In this document: positions 1 to 11,629 of the stretch, piece after piece | Numbering within the stretch: position 1 is the first letter of the stretch | Layout: the number at the start of each line of letters is the position of its first letter | Source: Macrostomum lignano | Taxonomy: Eukaryota | Reading direction: 5' to 3' | Assembly (NCBI GenBank): GCA_002269645.1 | Contig: NIVC01002001.1 | Coordinates: 150,259-214,258, forward strand | Length of the DNA: 64,000 nt | Notes under the pieces: model-generated | The model's input: the letters and a program-made list of their open reading frames with translations, nothing else | The model's database searches: none | Told to the model about the DNA's origin: nothing | Made by a program: the position numbers and the translations under genes

Positions 1-500
1 ACATGCAGGCATGAAATTGTGGGAACTTGTTTTCCCGATAACAGAGGTGATAATTATAAAACAAAGAGTAGAAAACGTGATAGGGGGGGATTACACGAAC
101 AAAGACTGATTGGACTGACTAACGTATAAGATAATAACTGCGCATACAGGCTACAAAAATACAACGTCTTTCTAAATCTTTAGTTGCTGTAAACACAAAA
201 GCAGGTAAAAAGCTAGGGTTTTTGCAACTAAAAAATAAAAGGGACTAGAAGCGGCAGAAGCATTGAAACTTAAAAACAATAATATTCGCGATAAAAATGT
301 TAGTAATATTGATATTTTATGACTTTTATCATTGAAGAATGGTTTCAGAAAATACAAACATAATCGCTTTAGAATGACTATTTCGATGTTAACATGTTTT
401 GAACTTCCATTTTGCTGACGTTAAAACAATATCTTTCACTCACTTTGAGTGTTTATTGAAAAGTAAAATGTAAAAGTACATTCATTTAAACCACAATACA

Positions 501-1006
501 CTCGTCGCTGATTGGCTGGCCGAAATTCTAGACTCGTCAGCTGACCCTAACTTCTCCCCCAACCCATTCTTGTCGCTGATTGGCCGGCCGACATTCTAGA
601 CTAGTCAGCTGACTGACCCTAACTTCTCCCCCAACCCATTCTTGTCGCTGATTGGCTGGCCGAAATTCTAGACTCGTCAGCTGACCCTAACTTCTCCCCC
701 AACCCATTCTTGTCGCTGATTGGCCGGCCGACATTCTAGACTCACTCGTCGGCTGACCCTAACTTCTCCCCCGACCCCATCTCGTCGCTGATTGACTAGC
801 CGACATTCTAGACTCGTCAGCTGACCCTGACTTTTTCCCCAACCCCATTCTCGTCGCTGATTGGCTGGCTGACATTCTAGACTCACTCGTCGGCTGACCC
901 TAACTTCTTGCTCAACCCATTCTCGTCGCTGATTGGCTGGCCGAAATTCTAGACTCGTCGGCTGACCCTAACTTCTCCCTCAACCCCATCTCGTCGCTGA
1001 TTGGCT
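501..1006. repeat. Tandem repeat, about 7.3 units of 68-72 bp alternating as a ~140-bp dimer
   Basis: Unit starts (ct[c/t]gtcgctgattggc) at 501, 569, 641, 709, 781, 850, 922 and 990. The array lies just downstream of the SERINC stop. Confidence 0.92.
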
Positions 1007-1078
1007 ACACGACAATCACACGATACAGCAACTAAAAATATCAAAGTTTTGCGAATAAAAAGAGTCCTTTTCTTTTCT

Positions 1079-4000
1079 TCACGAGAAATCTCTGTCCTGA
1101 AGTACAACGGGAGCCCAGAGGGTCCACACGTACAACAGTAGGCATAGCCAAGATGAAACCGTCTTAATCCACAGGGCGGCATTGTTGGTTTGCATAGTCT
1201 GCAGATTGGAGCTCGGGCTGTACCAGTTAGTGATGGTCATCATTACGTACAGCGAGGCCAGGGCCAGCATCACGTGCAGCATGCAGTAGCTATAAGCAAC
1301 GCATTCCTCTTCGTCGTTTACAATCGTTTGACCTTCCTTGTCCTGACCGCTAGAATTGTCATTAGTCTGTAAATTTACAAGAGATTGAAAGCGCCATGTT
1401 CTACTTTCGTCAGTAGGAGACAGGGGAATTATTTTTAAATAAAAGATTAATGTCGTTTGAATAAAAAAGGAAGGGTTTAAGTTGAAAGAAACTTAAAAGA
1501 AGGGTCCTCAGGGTAGCTACTCAAGGGTCCTCAGGGTGACTACTTAAGGGTCCTCAGGGTGGCTACTCAAGGGTACTCAGGGTAACTACTCAAGGGTACT
1601 CAGGATAGCTACTCAAGGGTACTCAGGGTGGCTACTCAAGGGTACTCAGGATAGCTACTCAAGGGTACTCAGGATAGCTACTCAAGGGTACTCAGGATAG
1701 CTACTCAAGGGTACTCAGGGTAGCTACTCGAGGGTACTCAGGATAGCTACTTAAGGGTACTCAGGATAGCTACTCAAGGGTACTCAGAGTATCTACTCAA
1801 AGGGTACTCAGGGTATTAGTTCTCACAAAGTCAGAATATAGCGGAAAAAAGAGTTTTAAAACAGAATAACAATGTAGACAAACAAAAATTCATACTTTCC
1901 AATTCGCTAAAATGCTGGGAACTTACTTCAACAGGCTCCAAAAGAATTGGATTTTCCATGCCATCCCGAGTCTAAAAAATTAATCAAAGCAAAAACAGTA
2001 AACTTCAAATTGAAACTGAAGAATAACTTGATTAAATAAACAATTAACACAATAGGACTTGAATGAAACAATTTGAAACACCAAATAATTTCAAAGCTTA
2101 CATTCATGTCTAATCGACCGACACTGCTATGAGCCGACGTGCGCAGGGTTGAGTACAGCACGGCCACAATGAACACGGCAAGAGTTGCCCAAGTCTGAAG
2201 TTCGAATCCCACTCCGACAGAGGTCTCACTGTGTTTACTGCTACCTTCGGGACTGTGCCGAGTGTAATTGTTCAACGTGAGTGTCGGGTTGCAGGCTGGC
2301 AGAGTGCTGGAACTCACTGCAGACCAGGTCAGGTACATCACGTATAGAGAGATGAGGCCGCCCTGAAGCAGGCCGGAGCGCTGGTGCTCCTGAACTGCCG
2401 GCAGCACCGACATGGCGCTGGCAATGATGCAGAAGATCAGATTCACCGAGATGAGGGCTTGGTTTGTGACGCATAGGGCTGCGGGATTGGAGGGTAACGT
2501 TAATTCAGTTGAGAATGTATGGAGGTATTATTGAGTACACAGGGCTTCAGGAGGCTGCTCATGTCGCTTCAGGAGGCTGCTCATGTCGCTTCAGGAGGCT
2601 GCTCATGTCGCTTCAGGAGGCTGCTCATGTCGCTTCAGGAGGCTGCTCATGTCGCTTCAGGAGGCTGCTCATGTCGCTTCAGGAGGCTACTCATGTCGCT
2701 TCAGGAAGCTACTCATGGCGCTTCAGGAGGCTGCTCATGTCGCTTCAGGAAGCTACTCATAATGATTCAGGAAGCTACTCGTGACGCTTCAGGAAGCTAC
2801 TCATGGCGCTTCAGGAGGCTACTTATGACGCTTCAGGAAGCCAGCCCCTATCTCTTCAGGGAAGCCAGCCCCCATTCCTTCAGGGAAGCCAGCCCCCATT
2901 CCTTCAGGGAAGCCAGCCCCATTCCTTCAGGGAAGCCAGCCCCTATCTCTTCAGGGAAGCCAGCCCCTATCTCTTCAGGGAAGCCAGCCCTCATTCCTTC
3001 AGGGAAGCCAGCCCCCATTCCTTCAGGGAAGCCAGCCCCTATCTCTTCAGGGAAGCCAGCCCCTATCTCTTCAGGGAAGCCAGCCCCCATTCCTTCAGGG
3101 AAGCCAGCCCCCATTCCTTCAGGGAAGCCAGCCCCTATCTCTTCAGGGAAGCCAGCCCCCATCCCTTCAGGGAAGCCAGCCCCCATTCCTTTATCTCTCA
3201 CCATTAGCCCCGTAGTACACGTAGAGCAGGACAGTGAGCGCAATAGCGGCAGAGTAGAACAGCACGGTGAAGAACAGCAGGCCGCAGTAGTACCAGTTAC
3301 TGCCAGACTCTTCGTAGCCTTCTGTCCATCTTTCATTCCAACAGTGAGCAAAGTCAATGAGCAGCACCAGCTGGATGATGATGAACAGCAGGCTGCCGCA
3401 CATGCCGAAGATCATCCACACTGTGGTGAAGTCGCTGCTAGCCGGGATAAAGAATGCCCCGACCCACAGTAGGATGAGGGCCAACAGTTTGAAGAACCAG
3501 AAGCCGTTGTGCAGAGTGGCGCGAATGTCTCTGGGTGCATTGGGGCGAGAGGGGTGGAAGTCTCGTGACTGGCTGCTGGTGGGAGAGGCCGGTTCGAGGT
3601 GAACAGGAAATCAATGGGTAATAAAAAGAAACGTAGGGATGGTGGAAGGGAGAGATGAAGGGATGCTGGAAGGGAGAGATAAAAGGATGCTGGAAGGGAC
3701 AGATGTAGTGATGATGGAAGGGAGAGATGAAGGGATGATGGAAGGGACAGCTGAAGGGATGATGGAAGGGAGAGATGAAGGGATGACGGAAGGGAGAGAT
3801 GAAGGGATGATGGAAGGGCGAGATAAAGGTATGATGGAAGGGAGAGATGAAGGGATGGTGAAAGGGATATATGAAGGGATGATGGAAGGGAGAGATGAAG
3901 GGATGATGGAAGGGAGAGATGAAGGGATGATGGAAGGGAGAGATGAAGGGATGATGGAAGGGAGAGATGAAGGGATGATGGAAGGGAGAGATGAAGGGAT

Positions 4001-4953
4001 GATGGAAGGGAGAAATGAAGGGATGATGAAAGGGAGAGATGTAGTGATGATGGAAGAGAGAGATGAAGGGATGATAGAAGGGAGAGATAAAAGGATGCTG
4101 GAAGGGCGAGATGAAGGTATGATGGAAGAGAGAGATGAAGGGATGATGAAAGGGATACATGAAGGGATGATGGAAGGGAGAGATGAAGGGATGATGAAAG
4201 GGATACATGAAGGGATGATGGAAGGGAGAGATGAAGGGATGATGAAAGGGATACATGAAGGGATGATGGAAGGGAGAGATGAAGGGATGATGAAAGGGAT
4301 ACATGAAGGGATGATGGAAAGGAGAGATGAAGGGATGATGGAAGGGAGAGATGTAGTGATGATGGAAGAGAGAGATGAAGGGATGATGGAAGGGATACAT
4401 GAAGGGATGATGGAATGAAGAAAAAGAAGTTGAAGGGATGATGGAAGGGAGAGGTGAAGGAATGAAGAAGGGAGACAAAGGGATGATGGAAAGGAGAAAT
4501 TTAAGGAAAAGACAACCAGAGATAATAAGGGCATATAAAGATAAAAATCATGCGACTCTAAAAGTACACAGTCAAACGGACTCACTTGCTGTGCCTCACT
4601 TTAATAGTGAGCAGGGCCATCAGCACAAAGAACGCCGTGGCTCCGAACTCTACCCGATAGACCGCACCAAATCCAAGCACAAGATCGCAATTGAAGCCGC
4701 TCTTCACGCCTGTGTCAATTTTGCCAATCGACGTGTCGATCTTGTAGGTGTCGCACAGGGCTGGCACCTTGGCTAGAAGAGTTTTCATGCCTGGAGCCAG
4801 CATGATGCAGGACAGAATGGTGCTCAGCAGGAACAGCAGCGAGTACATCAGCCGAGTGGAGGTTGAGCTGCGGCATGAAGGACAAGCTGAGCAGCAGAGA
4901 GATGCGGCCGAGCTGCAGAAGCAGCAAGCCACTGTGCTGATGCAGCAGCCCAT
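1079..4953 (-). CDS. SERINC: Serine incorporator (TMS/TDE family membrane protein), 4 exons, 453 aa
   Basis: Exons 4953-4586, 3530-3202, 2478-2102 and 1366-1079 join in frame at GT-AG sites (1362 nt). Motifs: MGCC..CCSACP N-terminus, HNGFWFFK, QLVLLIDFAHCWNE, RSGLLQ, AYSY..LHVMLALASLYVMMTITNWY, WTLWAP. Confidence 0.95.
1500..1815. repeat. 23-bp minisatellite (aagggtactcaggatagctactc) in SERINC intron 3
   Basis: About 13 tandem units are visible. Confidence 0.92.
2545..2840. repeat. 22-bp minisatellite (cttcaggaggctgctcatgtcg) in SERINC intron 2
   Basis: About 13 tandem units are visible. Confidence 0.92.
2835..3190. repeat. 23-24-bp minisatellite (cttcagggaagccagcccctatct) in SERINC intron 2
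   Basis: About 15 units, abutting the 22-bp array and ending ~10 nt from the donor at 3201. Confidence 0.92.
3636..4440. repeat. 24-bp purine-rich minisatellite (gggatgatggaagggagagatgaa) in SERINC intron 1
   Basis: About 33 units. It explains the spurious repetitive ORFs at 3438-4585. Confidence 0.93.
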
Positions 4954-7603
4954 TGCTTAATGCTTTATATTGTATCAAAATTTTAACCAAAGAAGGTAGC
5001 AATGTCTGATGCTTAACTCTGTTGTGTATGCATGCAGTTAATTTAATTTAATTGTTTACAAATCACTTCAATGGTAAAATCAGTGCATTCAATCAGAGAT
5101 ATTTTTGTTTTAATATTTTTAAATAACAGCTAGAGAATCCTGTTTTATAAAGTAAAGCTTAAAATAACATGAAAATTCACAAACCTTTTTAATTAAAAAA
5201 GTAAATTGTATATTTATTTGAACTACAAGTATAATGCAATGATAATGCAATAATTTTGGAAACTTAATGGTTCAATTCAAAAGTTCAATATCTGAAAATG
5301 AATAACTAATTATTGCATTAAAAGAATAATTTTTTTCATGTACTATTGTAGATGTTATTATAGTAATATTCCTAAGATAGTAACCCTTTTAAATAATAAA
5401 TAAGGCCTATCAAGGAACCCTTGCAATGAAGGCCCATTTCTAATACTTATTATTTCATTTATAATTTCTCAATAGTTGCTACAATCTATATTTGTATATT
5501 ATAGATATCTATATCCACATGGATATCTTTATATCCATAAGAAAACTTGAGTTGAAACTTCTTAAAAGAATGATTTCTTTATAGAGATAGAAAAAATGAA
5601 TACCTAATAAATGCTACTATCATTAGCAATGAGAATGTCTATGGCCATTTTTGCTAATATGTATGTTTATCAAGGAAACTGTCTCTTAGCATTAATAAAA
5701 AAATAAGATTCTTAATGAATTAATGGTTTTTAAAAGAATATTGGCCTAATATTAGCTTATTATAATAATATTATGGTAATAGCAATAGCAACAATAATAA
5801 TAGTAATATATTACCAATTATGACAAAAGCCATATAAAAAAACATTAAATAGATATACTATATGGTTATTTATACTCATTGTAAATTATGTATTTAGGCC
5901 TATGTATTACGAGCTAAGACATATAAGCTCCAACAAAGACAGTGCCAAAATTATTATATATATGAAAAGATACAATGGCTGGTTATACATTTGCTTACAT
6001 AGCTATATAATTATGATTACCTAATTAAATAGGCCCATACATACCTTACATTCTAATAACCTATATGTTGTTGAATTACAATTTTTAATATGAAGTATAT
6101 GGATAAATACTGTTTTATTTTTTTATGCTCTAATATATTCAATTGGTCTCCTCATCTGGCATGTATAACTTATTCTATATCTATATATCTGTATTATCAA
6201 GGGTCCTATCCATTGTTGATTGAAGAATTTCACACATGAAAATGATTACCACATGCGAATTAGAATTGGATACTATAGCCAAATTGAGTCTATGCAGTTG
6301 TTCACCTATCATCAGAGACTTAACACCATTTGCTTACGTCAAAGTGTAAACAAAATCGTGGTAATTTAATAAAAAATACATAAATGCTTACATAAACAAA
6401 CATGTTTATGAATAGATTGAATAATAAATTAATGAATTAAGAAATAAGAAATGCCTACCGGTAAAAATAATTGATTAAGAGCAAGAAACAGTCCAGCTAT
6501 TACCTAATAAAATTTTTTTAAGCAACTGACTGACAAATTCACTTCTATTTATACTCCATGCTATAGTATATAAAAACAGACAGACCTTAGAGCTTTAGTA
6601 TATTGTGATTGTGATGAAGGATCGTGTCACCTGATAATTCGAAGAAATACCGCGGATTTCAAAAAATTACGTTTACAAGATCGAAACTGCAATCAAACAA
6701 ACGAGTTTAAAAAAGATTGTGTTGTAACAAAAACTATTACTTTTACAGTTTTAAAAGTTCAAAAGTTTAAAGTTTATTTTCTTTTGTATGTACCGATGCT
6801 TATTAGACAAAATAGTTATAAAGTTTCTAACGAAGGACACATTACCGTAACATTGTACATTACCGTACATTACAGTGTACATTAATACTTTATAGTAATA
6901 AAGTAACAGCTTCTAAAGACCTCCTTGTTTTGTACTGCCACTGTCTACATTTATATACAATTTAAAATAGAATAACGCCATAGTACAGTGTGCACTTATT
7001 TTTTTGGCAAAATTATAATTTTTCGAAGTTGTGATTTTTATTATCAGAATGTAAAACAACGATTGGCAAAGAAACGTGAAAAAATATTCAAAAATTTAGT
7101 AAGAAACAAAAACCAATTAATCGCGTATATGATGGCATGGGTATATTCGAATTCAATAGAAAATGCAATCGACAAATTAGTAAAAAGTGAAAAATACAGT
7201 ATAAGATTTCAGCATCAAAGCGAATGAAGAACTGCAAAGAGATTCAGCCGTGATCAATACATTTATGGAGAAATATGTGTCGACGAAGTTATCCATATCA
7301 AGAACAATAATCACTATTAGCGGAATCTTGGGAATTTAAAAATTCTATTATCTTATCTTATATAATTTCGTGTTTCGAAGTTTATGCCCGCGTAAAACAT
7401 CTCGTTAAGTGTAATCACGTTGAAAAACTACCATCACGAGAAGAACAGTTCGACCGGACTGGGCTTTCTCTGTATAATATAATTCAAATCCATGCAGCCG
7501 ATCAGAGTCAAACATTTTTGAGTTTGATTTTTGATTTTTGATTTTTGAGATTCTTTCAATTTTCAGACATCGATGTCGTAGAAACAGTTGCCTGAACCAA
7601 GTT

Positions 7604-10584
7604 CTACTGACACGCTTTGTAGACGTACATATAGTTCCTTCCAGCATTATTGTCCCAGTGCACCTGCCCGTCAGCCGAGTAGCTCAACGCCAGTTCAAAT
7701 GCGGCCGCGCCAGCTGGCACCTGGAGTCGAGCTCGGAATCTCTCTTGACCACCAGGATGGCAATCGGCCAGAGTCTGGCAGTAGCGCAGAGACCAGTCAG
7801 ACTGGTGACGCCAATTGTCAAAGGTGACCCGGGCCATGACCCGCTTCTCCGGGGCGATGTTCAGCACGCGAGCGGTCAGCTCGAGAATCTGACTGGGCTC
7901 AGAGAAGAAGCGGACGGATTCCAATGCAATGGGACGGCCGGGGCCTGCGGTCTGAGCGGGATCCCAAGGCGTTATCGATGTCCAGTTGGGATCTTCAGAT
8001 TGGTGCAGCAGAGACTGTTGGGCAACAGTTGACGGCGACATTGGAGAGCAAGACTGCAGCAGAGATTCGGTCTCCGTTGCAAATATTCTTCCTCTGTTCA
8101 GCTCGCTGTTCTCTGCCGCGGTGTCGCCGGACTGACCGAAGCCGCTGAACATTCCCTGAACATCCGCTGCAGCTGCGGACGCGTAAAACTGAAAATTGAA
8201 AATTAGTAAGGTCCATAGCTTCACTGAGAGTAAATGCACTTGTTCCAGTTTAAAAATCTGGATACACACGCGTCACACAAAGGTGTACAACGGCCCTTTG
8301 ACTTTCTAATTCGTCAGACATGTACATTCTCTGTGCCTTGGGGGTTGGCCCTGATCATGGCTGTGAATCTCACGAACAATTTTTCTGCACAAGCCCCAAG
8401 TTATTGTGGCTGCACACGATGGTCAACTTTCCAGGAAAAATTCACTGTGCAGACAGAAGTTTTATTCGCGTCGAGGCATCGAAAAACATTGAGTTTCGAT
8501 GATGTTCTTGTGTAAGTTGATTCACTGATCTACCAATGACTACTCATCTACCATCATCTACTATGACTACTCATCTACTAATCTACTATGGCTACTCATT
8601 TACTATGACTACTCATCTGCTATGGCTACTCATTTGCTATGACTATACTCATCTGCTATGACTACTCATCTACCATCGTCTAATAAGACTACTTATCTAC
8701 TATGACTACTCATCTACCGTCATCTACTATGACTACTCATCTACTAATCTACTATGGCTACTCATTTACTATGACTACTCATCTGCTATGGCTACTCATT
8801 TGCTATGACTATACTCATCTGCTATGACTACTCATCTACCATCGTCTACTAAGACTACTCATCTACTATGACTACTCATCTACAGTACTATGACTACTCA
8901 TCTACCGTCATCTACTAAGACTACTTATCTACTAAGACTACTCATCTACCGTCATCTACTATGAATACTTATCTACTATGACTAGTCATCTACTCATCTG
9001 CTATGACTTCTCATCTACCATGACTACTCATCTGCCATGGCTACTTATCTACTATGACTACTTATCTACTGACTAATCATCTTCTATGACTACTCATCTA
9101 CTGTGCCTACTCAACAGATATGATGAGAATATTAACTTACATCAAGCAGCAGATCCTCATCGCTGAGAAATTGAGCTCCGAATTCGATGTTGCTGCGAGC
9201 AGCAGCGGCTCCAGCAATGAGCACAACGGACGCCAGGTCGAAGCCCAGCGCGTCGGCAAAGCGAACTCGCTTCCGCAGTCGGGCTGGAAAATCCAACGAA
9301 TCTCTGGCGGCATCTGACGGCCGCGTTTTAAACTTCTGCGCTGTTGGTGGAGGCGGCGCCGGCTGCGGCATGGGGCGCTGTGGGTCTCCATTGCTTCCAC
9401 CGTTGTCGTCAGCGTCATCTCGGTCGCGATATCGGTGACTCGATAGCCAGAGCAGCTCCTGAGCTGAACCGAACTTCTGCCGCAGTGTCGTCGCTCCTGA
9501 ACGAGTCCTTCGAGCTTGCGGACGATGAGCAGTTAAATCGTTGTCAAGGTAGCAGTAGTGCAGGTTTCTGGCGCCAGCTGGAGTTGCTACATCCAGGTGA
9601 GAATCTGTGTCGGCAAGCTGAGGCAGGAAGCCTGCGGCAATGGCCGTGTTGTCAGCGTCGCCGCAAACGGCCGTCTCGTTTGTTGCTGCTTGCGTGCGCT
9701 GTGTTGGCAAAATTTGGGTATGATCCGATTGTAGTTTAGTATAGGGTGCGGTGCTGTGTATCCCCGATACTCCCGTAGATTTTCCGCATCCAATTGCTTT
9801 AATAGACTATACTCGCTGGTAATTGAGCAGGTTTTTCTGCTAGTCCTGATGACACTTTAAAACTTTTTGCATGCAAACCTCTGATATTCACTCGATACTT
9901 TCCAGGTAGACTTGTACCTACATGTACCTAGCAAATTGAAATGCATGTTTAGCAAAAAACCCACACCTTTGCAGCGGCATTCAAATCCTGCGGACGAGAT
10001 AGCGTCATCGTAGGAGCACCTGGAATCTGTTGCTGCTGCAGTTTGCTCAATCCGGCCAGGGAAGCGCTGGATGACGAAGCTAGAGGCGGTGGGAACTCGT
10101 CCGCGTCGTCGGGATTGCAGTCCTCAGCAGTGTTGATGCCGCTGTAATCCAACGGTCGCGTTGACCGGGCCGCTCCGGCCGTGACTGTTGACGAAGCAAC
10201 AACAATTCGACCATCGTCGGTGGTCTCGCTGCCGCCAATCATTGGCGAAGACGGCGACTGCGACTGGCAGCTCTCGCCGCCCAGTGTTCGCTCCAGATCG
10301 CCGGCCAGGCAGGCGACGAAGTCGGCGGCGTCGGCCTGATGCTGAGCTCCGCCGGCGCCGCCGGGGCCATAGCAGCCGGCGGCTGAAGAGTAAGATGCTT
10401 CCAGCGACAGCGGACTGTTGCTAGCGGTTAGAAACTGGGCCTCATCGTCGGTGTCCGAGGAGTAGCAGCAGCAGGCGTTGTCGACACCGTGACGATGATG
10501 ATGATGATGATGCGGCTGGCGCTGCTGGCCGTTTGTTGGACGCAAATCTTCGCAACAGCTGTGAAACGATGCGTCATCTGTCAT
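7604..10584 (-). CDS. PPP1R3: Protein phosphatase 1 regulatory subunit 3 family (glycogen-targeting; RVxF plus CBM21)
   Basis: Exon 9698-9141 has KRVRFADALGFDL (RVxF). Exon 8188-7604 has a CBM21 domain (ARVLNIAPEKRVMARVTFDNW...HWDNNAGRNY), with a phase-0 junction gat|gtaagt...tttcag|ttt. Linking the low-complexity first exon 10584-9967 is inferred from compatible phase-0 splice sites and is less certain. Confidence 0.8.
8530..9115. repeat. Degenerate ~17-bp minisatellite (ctactatgactactcat) in the PPP1R3 intron
   Basis: Tandem variants are visible throughout the interval. Confidence 0.88.
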
Positions 10585-11629
10585 TGTTAGCTAGCTTTTT
10601 CAGTTGTCGCAGCTGGCATGCAGTTTGTGAGAGAATTGTGTGAATATAGGTAGCTAGCTAAAGTTGCTGCTAAAGTTGCTGCTCTGGTTATAAAGGTTTG
10701 CTAGTTTGCACTCAGTTTAATCAATTCTCTCAGGCTAGGAGCTACGGCTGGAATGCAAGGATCGATGAATACGCTATGTACATCAGATGTACAGTCGATT
10801 TTTCATCGTTTCGTCTGTCCCTCCCCCCTCACGGCGACTGCGCCAAGCCCTCTTTGTACGATAACTTAAACAGCCACCTCAGCATGACAGTGTAAGAGTG
10901 AACTCTATGATGGTAAAATCAGTAAAGTCAACAAACTTAGCTCAAAATACGAGTATTTGAGTTCTATTCAATGTCAATTCTATTGATTCATAACTGCATC
11001 GACCACCAGTACTCGCAAACTTGCGTGCAAATTTGTAAAAGAAATGAATAACAAATAAATTATTAAACACACCCATGGCCTCATTCAATATGCAGTCACG
11101 GTTGTCAGGCCCCGCGGCCACGAGTGTAAAAGAAACTACGAGAACTCGAAATGGCACCATTTCTTCGAGTGCGCATTCGGGACTTCGAGAGCTGCAATGG
11201 CGCAAGGCTGGTGTGATTCACCACACCCCCGGCTAAAGTTTCACGAACTCAATTATAGGCGACTGCTGTTGCAGTTTCCAAGAATAAATTACGATAATCC
11301 TCTGCAGGCAATATAGGCAAAAATGGGTCACCAGAAATGACTCAGAGATATGGCAACACTAGTGGGAGAATCTGTTTGTTCACTACTCTATTGTCAGTTT
11401 TATTAGCTTTGATAAACCGGCAAAAAAAGAGCTAAATGAGGACCTTAATGCAGAGCCGCGGGATCGGGCCATATGGCGCAGTTAAAATAGCAATTTTGGA
11501 GGTACATTCCCATTAGATTAGCAACAAGTCTCAAATTAATAAATAGGGCGCCTCCACTGCGCCATCAAACTGCTCACTTACTAAGACTATTAACACGTCT
11601 GAAACACGTCCTCCGAAAAAATTGACGCA

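Noticed and set aside
2195-2225. tRNA T-arm-like gttcgaatcccactccgaca
   Set aside because: There is no D-arm or acceptor stem. It is the antisense of SERINC codons VGVGFEL.
2509-4585. Repetitive ORFs (SGKPAPI, FHHPFISP, MMEGRDEG)
   Set aside because: They are translations of SERINC intronic minisatellites.
5000-7400. AT-rich region with short ORFs
   Set aside because: No splice-consistent or motif evidence. It looks like ordinary intergenic or upstream DNA.
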